NCBI GenBank assembly: GCA_008632985.1
Contig: QPGO01000182.1
Coordinates: 1 to 64,000, forward strand
Direction of reading: 5' to 3'
Source of the DNA: Psammoneis japonica
Lineage: Eukaryota
DNA length: 64,000 nt
Below the pieces are notes generated by a model. That model did no database searches. It saw nothing but the letters and a program-made list of their open reading frames with translations, and was not told the DNA's origin. Of the stretch, positions 36,290 through 50,300 are shown piece by piece. The first letter of the stretch is position 1; every line of letters begins with the position of its first letter. The translations under genes were made by a program, and so were the position numbers.

Positions 36290-38551
36290 GGTTTGAATAA
36301 AGTATTAAATGCAGTAACACAGTGCGACGTGATGCTTGATGACTGCCCTACATACGAGTACAAGCTACTCTAGAAACTCACGCTTTACATCGTTTAACGG
36401 TTCAGCATTCCCCTTCACGTAGATGTGTGTAATCAGAGCCAACATCCAAGACCAACTTGAACGTCACAATCAATAATGTTCTTGATGAGGTAGGCAGCAA
36501 CAGTTGCCCCGCCCAAGAACATGGGGAGACAGGAGAAGTCGAAGCACATTTGGTTCCAAACCAACAAGAACTTCTGAGCCATTCGAAAGCACATGGCAGG
36601 GAGTGAGATTTTGGACTCAATTGTCAATTCCAACCACCTCAAGGTGATGGGTCCTGCTTCTTTGTTTGTGCAAAGGTGAGCATGTTTGTTCTTCTCAAAG
36701 AACACACAATCCTCCAATCTGCACAATGTGGCATTGTCTGCATCTAACAGCGATCTCAACATGTGATTCATCAGGAGCAATCTGCCCCAGCTCACTGCAC
36801 AACTTGAGAATGAAAACATTGATGAGATGTTGCAGACGTGAAACACGTTTTGACCACAAACATGTTCCATTGCACATGTGAGTCCACACTGAAACAACAA
36901 AACTGACTGGCAAAATCTGTCACTCATGTCCAGGACTCAAAGCTCACATGAGTGCACCCATTTTCCTCCAATGACCATCCAGTGTTCATTGCAAATCACA
37001 ACAGCACTGTTGCAGAAAATGTCTTTGGTTTCAGAATGTGCTGCTGTGCTCTGGATTGAATGTCAAAGAGCTTGAGTGCTTGGGGGTGCAGTCTGACAAT
37101 GCACGGCATGGTCATCATGGTCCATGACCACTTCAATGCAAGACAAGTGCATCAATTCACCAATGTTCATGAAAATGCCATGGGCACACACTGGTTGGAA
37201 TGTGCAACAATGTGCCTTGGTCATGCACACATTTTTGCTGCTTTCTGCAGGTGCATTGAAGCTCCAGAGAAGGCTCTCATGGCAAGGTCCTGGCAGCAAA
37301 CCACAGCCAACAGCCAACTCAGATCCGCAAATGGAGAGTGACAAGGCAATTGCTGCATGCACCCACCACCACAGCAAGATGTCATTGCTGCTTCTGTCAT
37401 TGTTTGCAGAAGGAGGAGAGAGAGAGCCACCTCGCTGCTCCACCATCCAAACCATGCATCCTTTCACAAATCTTGCACAAATGGGCATTTTTTTGCCATT
37501 TACAACAAGTGGCAATTGGGCCTTTGAGCTCATTTCTCTCCAAGTTTCTCTCAAGCACTGTTCACTTTGGCCACTGTTGAGACAAGCCCTCATCAGCCTT
37601 GTGCTTTTCCACAACATCAAAAGTTGCTTCCTGGGAGAACTTTTTGACTGACCCTGAGAATGACAGTTGACTTCAGTTTGCAAAATTGAACTCACCAAAT
37701 GTGATCTTTGCAGCCAAGTGACAACAAACCAGGTTCCATCCATCATCCAGTCTCCAACAATTTTGTGTGAATGAGGTGCAAAGGACCAACAAAAGCAGAG
37801 TTTGATGTGCCGGAGGAGGAGGGTGCTCAAATGATCACAGTTTTCTTAATGATCTGCTTTCAATGATCATTTTCATAAAGATTTCATCATGAAGATCAAA
37901 GATGATGGCAATGATGACATGCCACCACCCCCATTGGACAGATGGGAGAGCTTGAATGACAAGAACAAATCACGCAAGGACAACATGGCCAGCAAACATT
38001 CAAAGGGGCTTTGTTGGCAGCAATGGAAAACTCCTTGGCAAATCAAGAGTGCATTGTGGTTGGTCACTCCAAGGAACACCCACCAAAGAGTGCAACAGAA
38101 CCCATGGAGCCATGTTCGGCCACTGTCTTGTCTTGGTGCTGCACTCACATTTGGCATTGTTCATTTGATCTGACCTTGCCACATTCCATTTTCTGTTTTG
38201 CAGGCACTGGGAATTCATTGGCCAGTTTCTCATCAAAGATTTGGGGGGATGTGAATGCTTCGATTTCAAGAACTTTCATGACTGTGTTCATTTGATGGAA
38301 AGTCAACACTGGAGGCAAAACATGTGCTAATTTACTTTGGAATGTTGGCTGTGGCAATGATGTGCCAATCAATGAGTGCAGTGAGTGGCATCACCTGTGG
38401 CCACTCTGGGTTCATGGATCAGTGGAAGATGATGTGAAACACCATTGCATCCATTCCCTTGTTCACACACAGTGTTTGCTGGTGCTTTGGGTTTTTGTTC
38501 ATGGATCATTCTACACCATCATGCACTGGGTGCAGTTCTGCACTCTGGCTC

Positions 38552-41500
38552 TGAAGATTGCCAATTCGTCAAGACAGTCATTGTGACTCACTGTTTTGAT
38601 GACTTGCATCATCAGGGCTGATGCGCTTCAAAACACCCAGAAGAGAAGAGGTCAAGAGCCTCCTCTCCTCACAATCTCAACTCAGCTGCTGTGACACTGG
38701 CACCTGGTGTTGCCCCATGTCCATTGTGCATTGTCAAACATTGCCTGTTGATCACAATCCAACAAGGACATTCCATTTGCTCTAACTTCAGCTGAGCAGG
38801 CAATTGCGTGAGTCATCAACTTTTGCAAGAGTGCTGGATAAAAACCATTCCATGATGGTTCAGAACAGTTGAGCGGAGAGCTGTTAGACTGCACTCCAGG
38901 CAAACTCTTTCAGTTCCTCAAGAACATTGATGACAAGGCCTGCTTGCTTGGATGGGATGATCCAGTCACAGGCACTCTGATGATGCTGGAGGACCCTGAT
39001 GATCCCAACATGGCACATTTGAACCTGCTCACCAATTGTGGTGAAATCACCTTGGAATGCATCAAAAGACATGAGGAGCCACACATCATGAGTCCATGCT
39101 GTGTGGCCCAAGACACTGCCATGCTCAGTCACTGTCTGATCAACTCAATTTCCAAAGCAGGCAAAAGGACAAGGTGCACATCCATGACCAGTCCTGCTGC
39201 AAGATCAGAGGAAAGATTTCTGCTTGTTTGCTCCTCAAGGTCATCATTCAAGAACCATTTCTTGATGCAAATGCAATCATGAGCACAGTCCGCACTGAAC
39301 TCTTGGAGCTTGACCAGTGCTTGCCTGCAATCGGTCATGACATCACAAAGTTCAATCAGCACATGGCTCTCCCACTTGTGGCATTGCGGTCTTGTGGTGA
39401 AACCACAGAACACCTCCTGACAAATCTGTTCAAGGGACACTTGGCTGCTTTCAACAAGAGCTTTGTCAAGTGCATTGGAAACAAGCAAGAAGAACATGAG
39501 GATGGCAAGAACATTGCACCAACTTGATGCCAGCAGACAACAAGCACAAGAACTTGGTTCAGAAGCAGAAGTGGAGTGCACCAAGCAAGGAGGAAGAGAA
39601 GACACTCACCTTGGAAGCCAAGGTGGAAGGTGTTGAGAAAAGAGCCAAGAAGAAGGAATCCACTGAAAACACCAGGAATGGTCCCAAGCATGGACAGAAA
39701 GGGAGAGGCAGTGGGTGACAGGGGCAACATGCCCAAGTGGATGAAGGACAACTTGTGCCCCACCAAGGATGTGATCTCCAAGCCAAAGCATTGGAATGGT
39801 GTGCATTGCCATTGCTGCCATGAAGATTTGGAGGGAAATGCCCTGGCAAGTGGTGCAAGCACACTCTGGAGAATGCAATTTTGATCCAGATCAAGCAAAC
39901 AAGAAGAGGACAGCTGAAAAGACAAGAGCAGCAATGGATGAGAAAAGAAGTTTGGCCTCAAGCACAATGGCAGGCACTGCCTCAAGCTTGCAAAGACACA
40001 CAAGGCAGTTGTTGACAAGGAGGGGTCATCAGGCAAAGATTCCAAATGACTCCCAGAGCACGGTCACCATTGCAACTGCTGTGATCAGCACATGCAAGAT
40101 GGAAATGCAAATGAGACCTTGTGATGTCATGCCATGCTTTCCTCAAAGTGACCGTCATTGTCCCAGCACTGATCATCACAGACCAATCAATGGCCTGCAC
40201 TCACTGCACTCTGCCAGCAGTCATCCTTGTCATCTGCTTGTTGCTCCATCACAACAACAACCCAGGGCACTTGCCAGCCACATTGTTGCCCAAGCAAAAG
40301 CAATGGCACAGGCTGCACTCTGGTTGTCGCTGTCTGACCGGCAAGCTGTGTGCAATTGGGGAATGAGTCGCATGCTCCATTGAAGCAAGCAATTGACACC
40401 AACACTGACTTGTCCAGAAGAGGGAGAATCCAAAGGCTCCACCACTCTGTGGATGAGCTCAAGAGCCCCAAGCAATCATCTCACCACACTGCAGCACTGG
40501 CTGTGGTTGTGCAGCAATGCAGGCTCAACAAGAGCATCTTGGAACACATGTTGGCCTTCAATGCCAATTGTGGACCAGCTGGGGTTGACAATCAGGCTGC
40601 AGGTTGCATGTCCAATTGCACGAAGACTTCATCAGTGAAGCAAGATTGCAATGGAGCCATCAAGGGATTTGGTGGATCAAGATCAACCTCAGTGAAGGTT
40701 GTGCCCTGAGACTGCTGTGGAGGTGGAACAATGATGAGGGCAGAACACACAAGTTCAAGATGCCAAATTCATTCTGCACACCAAGTGGGAAGGTCAGGCT
40801 GCTGAGCCATCAACATTGGGCTAAGACCTGAAGGGACAACAAATCCAGAGAAGGCACTGGCAGCAAGACCAAATCAAAGCAGGTCACCCTCCATTGGAGC
40901 CAAAAGAAACACCAACTCACTGTGCCACTGAGCAAAACCACCAATGTGGCAATGTCTCACTTGGCACCCGGGTGCCAGAAGCATGAAAAAACATTCTGTG
41001 CAGAAGCTGACATTGACCCAGCACACAAAGTTGAGGATCCTGTGCCAGCCAAAGAGGCCACCAGTGCAAGTGATGAATGAGGATCAAGACAAAGCTGTGG
41101 GTGGGTGCAACACTGATGCACTGCACAAATGGCAACCTGCAAGCCAAGATCTGTTGCAAGTCTCAGGGTTGGCTCCTGGGAAGGTGACACAGATCAATGA
41201 CAGCGGACCATCAACAACAGCAGATTTTGACTTAGACAGACCAACTGCTGTGGACAGCAAGCACAAGGGATGAGACACAGACACCACACCAAGTTTGACC
41301 TCAGAGGGAGCAGACTCCAACCACCAGAACCCCAAGACAATTGCCAAGGGTCCACCATGGCATCACCACTTCCAAAGCACCATCAACAATTTGGTCATGT
41401 GAGTTTCACAAAATGCAATGGATGGTGAGATTGGGCATGCCACCAGTTTGCTCCACGTGCCCACATGCCAAAAAAACATGATGCAACCAGGAACCGACAG

Positions 41501-44344
41501 AGAAACCCACATGCCCATGCCAAGTTGTCTCAGCAGACCAACTGGCATCACCAACACAGGGGTTGATTGCTCAAACAACCAGATGACTGCTGACAACCAA
41601 ATGGCACAAGTGCACTGTGGTGTGTGTCAATCAATGTTCCAGATTGGGGTGCATGCACCTGCAAAAGACAGCATTAGCAGAGACATCAGAGGGCAAACAC
41701 ACTTTCAAGCAATGCACCAAGAGTTGTGGCATCACAGTCAAAGCCTGTCATCATGCTGACAATGGCATGTTCAAGGCAAACAACTGTGTCTTTGCATGTG
41801 GAACACAGGGGCAATGGCTCACCTTTGCAGTGGTGGGACCCACCATGCCAACAGATTGGCTGAGCACTGAACATGCAAACTCCAAGAACTGGCAAGAAGC
41901 ATGTCAATGCTGCATGCTCAAAGCCATTGGAAGAAGGCAATCACAGCAAGCCTGTTGCCTCATGTGACATGAATAGCCAACAATGCGTGCAACAACACAC
42001 CCAGTTTTCAAAACAATTGCAAGTTGACCCCACTGCAGATGTTCTCCAAGACCCAAGTCTGCAAACACAGTGCACATTCTGGACAGCACATTGCAATCTA
42101 ACCTGCCACATCACAAAGGATGAAAAATTCAAGGGTTTGAGTCTACTCAGGCCAAAGCCCAATGCATGGAAAGAACATGGGCACTCGCATTGGACCAAGA
42201 AGCCACTGCTCCAGTCAGCCCACAGTTCCATGTCAAATTTGATCCATCCTTCAACATGGTGCAGCAGGATAAAACTTGATTTGCAATGGCAAACCAAAGC
42301 CAGTTTTGCAGCTGAGAGGGAGGCAACAAAGGCCAAAACCAGTGGAGCAGTCAAAACGGCGTCCACACCAGCTCCAATCAAGAAGAAGCATGAGGCAAAT
42401 TCAAAGGGAGCCAAGCAAGGCAAGAAACAATGAAAACATGTCCAATGGACTGACCTGCAAGATTTGGAGCCACAACAGAGTGGCAACACTCAGTGGCCGC
42501 TGGCCAAGTGGCATCAGGGTAAAATGCTCCACATGCACAACCTTGAGAGCATGGAACCACACCTGCAACTGAATCTCTGGAAGTGGCTCCAAGCAAGCGC
42601 AAGTCTGACAAACACAAAGTGGTGCCAATGCAGCCAAAGTGACTCTCATTCAGGGTGTAAGAGCCAGCTGGTCAGCAGACTGACAGAAGCCATGACATCT
42701 GAAATCAGCTCTGAAATGAGGAGCGACATCAAGGGTGAGACAATGTGTTTGGCAGCCATGTGTCCCCAAGACTCGCAAGTGCTCCAAGAAGATGAGAATC
42801 CCCTCCTTGCCTGCAAAGCATCAGCAGATCCTGATGCCATGCATGTGCATCAAGCTGTGAAGGAACTGGGTTGCATGCAGTTCCTGTGGGCCATGCAAAA
42901 AGAGGCAATGGATCAAACATGGAAAATGGTGACTTCTCCATTGTTCCACAATCACAAGTGAAAAGAGACAGCAAAAGGTGCAACCAACAGGCCGGAAGAG
43001 TGTGGAACAAGTGTCTGGTCAACAAGCTTGTCAACAAGCTTGGATTCAAGCAATGAAAAATTGACAAGTGTGTGTTTTACCATGGAAAAAACATTTGCTC
43101 TCCTGTGCACAGATGACTCACTCATTGTCGGTCCTGATGAGAATGAAACAAATCACATCATTGAGGAACTCAAAGAGGCAAAGCTTGACATTGCTGTGGA
43201 AGGGTGCACACAGGATTTTCTGGGTGTCAACATTGTGAGAAAAGATGATGGCACTGTTCATTTGACACAACCACACTTGATTGACAAGTTGCTCAAGAAC
43301 TTGTGGTTGGATTTGCTGAGTGCTGTGCCTGAGGATGTCCCTGCAACATCCTCCAAAATCTTTTCAAGGCAGTGTGACTCAGAACCATTTGATGGTTTCT
43401 TCAACTGCAGATCTGTGGTTGGCAAGCTGAGCCATTTGGAGAAATGCACTCACTGTGGTGTGCATCACCTGCCAATGTGCATGGTTCATGGCAGATCCAA
43501 AGGTTGAGCATGGCAAGGCCACAAGATGGCTTGGTTGGCAAGCATGTGTGGATGCAGACTTTGGTGGCAATTGGGATCTGCAAGAAGCAGGCCAAGATTG
43601 TGACACTGCAAGGTCAAGACATGGCCACATCATTGCTTGCACGGGGGGGGTTGTCCCATTTTGTGGAAATCCCAGTTGCAAACTGAGATTGCATTGAGCA
43701 GCATGGAGTCTGAATGCACACAGGCTTGTCATGTGCCTTGTGAGAAGCCATGCCCTTGAAGGAGATGCTGAAGGAACTCAAGCAGCATGGATTTCCCATC
43801 AAGACATCCAAGCCCAAGATGCATTGCAGAGTGTTTGAAGACAACAGCAGTGTGCTGGAGATGGTGCGTGCACACAAGCACAGACCATGAATGAAGCACT
43901 TGAATGTCAAGTTGCATCACTTTGGAGACTGCATCACATGGAAGGAGATTTCAACACACAACACAGACACCACCAAGGACCAACTGGTGGATCATCCAAC
44001 TGAACCCATTGCAGCTAAAATCTCAGAAGCCCTGCATCCTTTGGTGATGGATTGGTGAGTTTCCCAAGTGCAAGGAAACCCTCTGAGAATGCCTCACTCT
44101 GATTGGATGGTTTGACTTGCAAGACACATTGAGAGGGAGTGTGAAGATTGTCAAATTGTCAAGACAGTCATTGTGATGCACTGTTTCAATGATGCATGTC
44201 ATTGGGGCCAATGTCATTCAAAAGACCTGGAGGAGGAGAGGTTGAGAGCCTCCTCTCCTCACAACCTCAACTCAGTTGCTGCAACACCAGCACCCAGCAT
44301 CACCCCACATCAATTGTGCATCATCAAACACCATCTGTTGACCA
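38552..44344 (+). mobile_element. Degenerate Ty1/Copia LTR retrotransposon
   Basis: ~203-bp LTRs at 38552-38754 and 44142-44344; PPT GAGAGGGAG at 44131; gag remnant ~38870-39700; IN HADNGMF; RT LCTDDSL, DFLGVNI; RNase H CVDADFGGNWD, RSRHGHII, VFEDNS, KHLNVKLHHF; possible TSD GGCTC/TGCTC. Confidence 0.88.
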
Positions 44345-47300
44345 TGCTCTGGATGTCACAACACCAGAGCAGCCCAAAAGGTCCTGGAGCATGTGTTGGA
44401 AACTGCCCTTGCTGGTGCAGTTGGTTGCTCTCTTTGTTGTTGTTCACATTGATTTGAGAATGATGTTCTCTCATGCAGCATCTTTTTTTCTTTCAAATCT
44501 TAAATCAGGGTGTGGCACAAACTGTTGCCAATTGGAAAGAGGCCTTGCAAAAAATAAAAGAATTCACATGGGATGACAGCATGTGTTGAAGCCACCATCG
44601 ATGACCCAATTTCAAAAGAATGCACACCAAAGATGCAATCCCCCACATTGTCAGAGCACAGATGGAAAAGCATCATTCTTGGCACTCCACACCAATGTCA
44701 CTGCTGCATCATTTCTTCATGGCAATGGTGTCCATGCAGCATGGCTTTCAGAGCTTTGACACTGAGGAATTTTGCAACTCTGAGCAATGCATTGGACTGA
44801 CATCTTGAGTGCCCCACACCCATGATGCTTCCTGCTGTCTGCACTCTGTGCCATTTCCAAAGTGCAAGGTCAAAAACAAATTGTTTGAGTTTGATCTTTG
44901 GGTGTGATGTTGAGCCTTGCTCATGATGCCACAGGAGCAATGTTGTCCAACAGTGGCACCTCCAAAACAGCACCAGCCCACCACCACAGAAGAAGAGCTC
45001 ACCACAACCAGTCAACATCCATGGCTCATGACAATGACAAAGGCAAGGCCTGCTTTGTGGAGTTGATTGATCTCATTGAATTAGAAGGTGGCATCCATTG
45101 ATGGATGCGCTGCCACTGTTGATTGTTTGACAGACAGAAGCCAAGGGTGTGGGCAAAGAATCACAGAGAGATTGCCCTTGGATTGTGCCGGTGATGTCTT
45201 GGATGCCTTGTTGACAAAGTTTGAATGTCCACAAAAGCATGGGGCTTGTCTTGATCTGGCTGAATTGGCAGGATGGGGACTTCCCTTGCCCAATCACTTT
45301 CAAGAGGTGCTGCCAGTTGTTGTGAAAGCAAAAAAGGCAAGACTGGCAAAGAGCATGGCATCAACTCATGATGTTGTGCAGGTGCTCACTGAAATCAATT
45401 GTTGCTGAGCTGCAAGTGCTGTTTTTCAGGAATGCATTGGTCAACAGAGAGGGTGCTGATGTGAGCATGGCATGGGTGGAGACATGCCAGATGGCTTTTG
45501 GCAGTTGCGCGCTTGTCATGTTGATCATTTTTCTTAACTGCTCTTTCACATCTGCAGAACTTCAAGCACAGCATTTCCATTCTCACTGTGGTGGACAACT
45601 GCACTCCTCATCAGTGGCACAACGGACAGGTGGCTCAGCTTGAACACTGTCATTTGCCACCTGCGTGGTCAGGCAAGATTTGCCACTGGGATGCTGGATG
45701 CCCGCCATTTCTTCATCATGATGGTCCTGTCCTTTCTTCACATTTCAGCTGACCTCTGCAATTTTCCCACTGCTTGTTTGTTTCCAGCTTGTGGAGAAGC
45801 TTGACTCAATTCAGCTGCACACACTGGGAAGCTGCCTCTTCCTTCTGCAAGAATGCTCTGCAATCTGTTGGATGCCAGATTTCACCCACTGAGATCCAAG
45901 CAAAGCTGCACCAGCAGGACTGTTCATTGACAAGGAAACACACATGAGAATGATTGGAGTGTTGTGCTAAAGAGCAGGTCTGTTGATGCATCATGCCACT
46001 GAGTGCAGCAGTTTCTGTCACAGACACAGGGGCTGCACTGGCACCCAAAGCCGGTGCTTTCATTGGGATGGCACATTTGGAGGAGGAGCTGGAGAGATGG
46101 AAGCATCCAACTGATCTCCTTGCAATGGACTTGGTGTCATCAAAGAGGGCATCACACCACCAAGTGCATCAGCAGGGGGACGGTGCTGGCATCACAGTTG
46201 ATGCCTCCTCCAAAGATGTCTGCATTTCTGCTTGTTTCAAGAGCTGTCACCAAAAGGCTGCAGCAGTGTCAGAGTGTCATGGCAAAGGCTCTGACACAGT
46301 GGAGCACATGCTGGCTGGCTGTGCCCCTCACATTTTGTGAGCCTGTGGCAGAACCAGCTGCACCACACTGTGCGCTCCACATCAAAATGGCGGCGCAGGT
46401 CTGCTGGCTGAGGGTGGCAACAATTTCCTTCAAGCAACTGCAACAATCCATCTTTCCCCCTTGTTGGGAGAAGCCCAAGCATGCAAGGAACTGATCTCCT
46501 TGTGATGGAGTTGATGGCATTGTCAAAAAGGGCATCGTGCCACCAAGTGCATCAGCATGGCAGGATGCGGCACTGGCCACTGTGTTTTTTGGTCGATGCT
46601 TCCATTGATGGCACAGTTGGAGGAGCAGGGGATGGAGAGATCAGAGTGTCCATCTGAAGATTGACTTGATGATGTTGTCAAGGAGGGTGCAGCACCACCA
46701 AGTGCATCAGTTTCCGTCATCGGAGTGGGGCCATGGCGCTCTGGCACCAAAGTCATCGTTTTTCCTCTGGTTGCACCATCTACAAAGTCGAAGACATCTC
46801 AATCATTTGTGCATCCCAAATCCTCATGAATGAAGATCTTGCATTGCTGCATTTTGGCACCTGTGTCTGGTGTCGGAATTTGAAGATCGCACTGCCCAGC
46901 ACAATGGCGGATTGTTGTTGGCACAAGCCACATCGGACTTTGGCATCTTTGGAGCACAAGCATTGATTGTTTGTTCAGGAGGTCAATGGAAAATGTTGTT
47001 GCAATTGCAGTCATCCACTGACAGCTTGGCTTCTCCCCACCAGCTTGAGGCCATTCTCATGGGTTTTGCTGGGAAAGCAGACCATGTGAGTGCACTCTTG
47101 CATCACAAAACCACGGACATCAGCAATGTCAATGAAGATGGAGTCCACATTGACAACGTGACAATGCACACCAACAGGGGACCATTCGGGTTCGAAATCA
47201 AGTGGGCACCTGATGGCCAGGATTTGTCCGATGAGTGCCATTGTGTGGTGCAGTCTGTCATCATTTTGGTGGATGCGACAACTCAAGGTGATGTCCCCAT

Positions 47301-50300
47301 GTGGCAGGACAAGGTGCTTCATCTGTGTGGGAGCTCCACCCCATGTTCAGTGGCCTGCAACACGGACCAGGACAGCAGCGCGGCCACCTGAAAAGTCAAA
47401 ATCGATGAGAATCTTGTGGGACATTGGCATGCTTCACTGCTCAGTGGCATTCACTTCAGATGGATCCATGTTGACAAGATTCCATTGGACCAGCCAGTCT
47501 CTTTTGACAGTCAGAGTGCAGATCTAAGATGAAGACAACAGTCCATCTGTTTGGATTCACTTGCCACTTCCCTTGTTCCAGAACAACAATTTGTCAATTC
47601 CCCAATGGTTTCCTCTGACTTTTAACAGTTTGAAGCAGGGACATGGCAGCATGACAAACAATGGGGTTCTTTGGAGATTGCAATCTTCTTCCTGCATCCG
47701 GTGGTTTTGGGAAGAGGGAGGTCGATTGAAAGACAAAAAGGCATGGCCAGTGCGAGAAACCCCAGTTCATTGGAAAGCACTCCCTCTTTCAACTTGTGCG
47801 TGTGTGTTGAAAAAGCAAAAGCCATTCATTGGTCATTGTTGTGGAGGTGCACAAAGTTGCCATTGTACATTCCCATGATGTGTGGCCCTGCCGTGATGAC
47901 TTACGATGACGTGCTTGGTTCAGCGGGTGCGGCCTCGTTCTTGTTGTTTCCTCTTGGTTGGTTTTGTCCTCGCGGCGCTTTTTGGGGTTTCCGGGGATGG
48001 ATCATTTGGATGCTGCCGGCACTGCTCATGATCTGGAACAGAAAATGCTTCTTCCTGCTCACTCTTTTAATGCGCCTTGACACAAGTCTCATGCCAACGT
48101 GGGGTTGGCCACACGAGCCCCAGCAGAAGTTAAACACACACTGGCCAGCTGTGCTTTTGTGAGCCTGGCCCTGTGTCAGAATCATCTGCCACATTTTGCT
48201 GCACTCCATCTGTGTGATTGAATCCATCAAAACAGTGCAGGTCTGCTGGCTGAGGGTCGCAATGAAATCCTGCAAGCGATTGCAACAATCCACCTTGCCC
48301 CCTTGTTGGGATGAGCCCAAGCACTCAAGGAATGCCGGTGCAACAGGGAACATCAAGCCGCGGCACCCTGCAAGGTCCGCTTCCATGCACGCAATTGGGG
48401 CTTGAGCAGCCCACCATTCTTCCAAGACACGTTTGATGCAGTCGGACATCAGAGTCTGGCGCAACTCCTCCTCTGAGCACACAAGCCATTCGGTTTCCTC
48501 CTTGTCCTCCTCCTGACCATCATCCTCTGCTGGCTTGTCCTCCTCATCACCGTCATCCTCTGCTGGCTCCTCCTCCTTGCACTGTCATCCTCTGCTGACA
48601 GTCCTCCTCCTTGCTGTCATCCTCCAAATGCAACAATGCAAGCACCCACAGGAAGCAAGAACACAGAACACTTCATGTTGTTGCACAATGCCCCTCCCAT
48701 CATGAAACTTGCCTGTCTTGCTGTGATCCTGCACAACAACAAGTCTGGCTCCTTCCATGCTTCCGTTGTTGGCACACTCATCTCCTTCCTCCTTGTCATC
48801 CAGATGCTCCTTGTCATCCTCTAAATGCAACTGCTTCAACACACAAATGAAGCAAGAACAAACAATGGCGGCTCTTGCATGCACAATTGCACAATGCCAT
48901 GCCAACACTGGCAGCAAAACTCACTTGTTGCCAAGGCGTGAAAGAAGTGTTCACAAGCATGGGCCAACATTCTTGCACCATCGTCCAGAAAGTTCAGAAA
49001 TGTCTGGTTTTCATCGGCTTGTTCCATGACCTCCTGTTGTTTGCACAAAATTCCAATTCAATGAAACCAACCTGTCACCTCCGTGACAGTCAGTTTGTTG
49101 TGTCTGTCTCATCCCAGTGGTCTGCATTGTTGCTGTGTGACATGTCAGAACCCCACTTCATCTGCCATGGGTGCAAAAGGTTGCCAATGCTCACTGGTGC
49201 ATCACATTCTGGAGAAAGAAGGAATGTCTGCATGTGGTGGATCAGGGATTGGTGCCACCCATGGTGGTGAAGCTGCCACAATCATGCACATGCTCAATGA
49301 GTCCGGACCCAATGCTTGGTTGGGACTTGGTCATTCAAGCAGACCCACAATGTCAACTTGACAAGATTTGTCCACTTCACAAAGAGCATCTGACAATTTC
49401 ATGGGAATGGGCTGTGAATGCCACCCTGAGAACCACACATGATCAGCATGACTGGGTTGTGATTGGTTGGCGACTCATTTTCACCGGCATTGTCAGCTGG
49501 CAATGTCAAAAAGCATCCGCAAGAAGTTGCTGCATGGAAGGTGCAAAGCAGCACACTTGGAGCAACAGGGCTTGAGACAGAAGAGCAGAGAGTCTTGAAG
49601 TGGTGCAGCTCAAGACTCTCACATGATGACTTCAATTGGAGCACATTCAAGCACGGGAGAGGATGGAGCAGACAACTGCACTTTGCTTGGTGCTGCACTT
49701 GGAGCTTGCAATGGTGTCAACAATGGCGCACTGCTGTTTGGAGCAGCTGATGGAGTGATGGATGGCCCATCACTTGGCACAGCTGAAGGTGCATGTGATG
49801 GTGCATCATTGGGTGCAGATGATGGGGTGTCTGATGGTGTGTCACTGGGAGCTGTGATCCAGGCTTCAGATGGGGTGACAGATGTCAGGAAAGTTTCTGG
49901 CAGACAAAATCAAATTGCCACTTTTTGTGAACAACAACCAGACTGTAAGGGCAAGGTGGCAAACCATTTTGTGACAAAGCCATGTTGGATGAAAAATTTT
50001 CAAGTGCAGCAAAGGTGCAGCTGTTGAACAAAATGAACTCACTGAAAATGAGTGGCCTGACTGGCACAGCATCCAATTTGTGACACTTGTTTCTTCTGGA
50101 GTTTCTTGCAAGAGGCAAATGTGTGGGAGCTGGCAATGACATGCAAATGTGCAATGCCCCTGACAAATTGCACCAATGGGGGCATTTGCTGCCAACAGCT
50201 TCACATTGGAAGCAACAACAAGTCAGACTGTGGATGTCTGTCGTGTGCTTTGGCTGATGAGAACAGGATCTGAATCTTCTGTCTGTTGTGGCCAATGACC

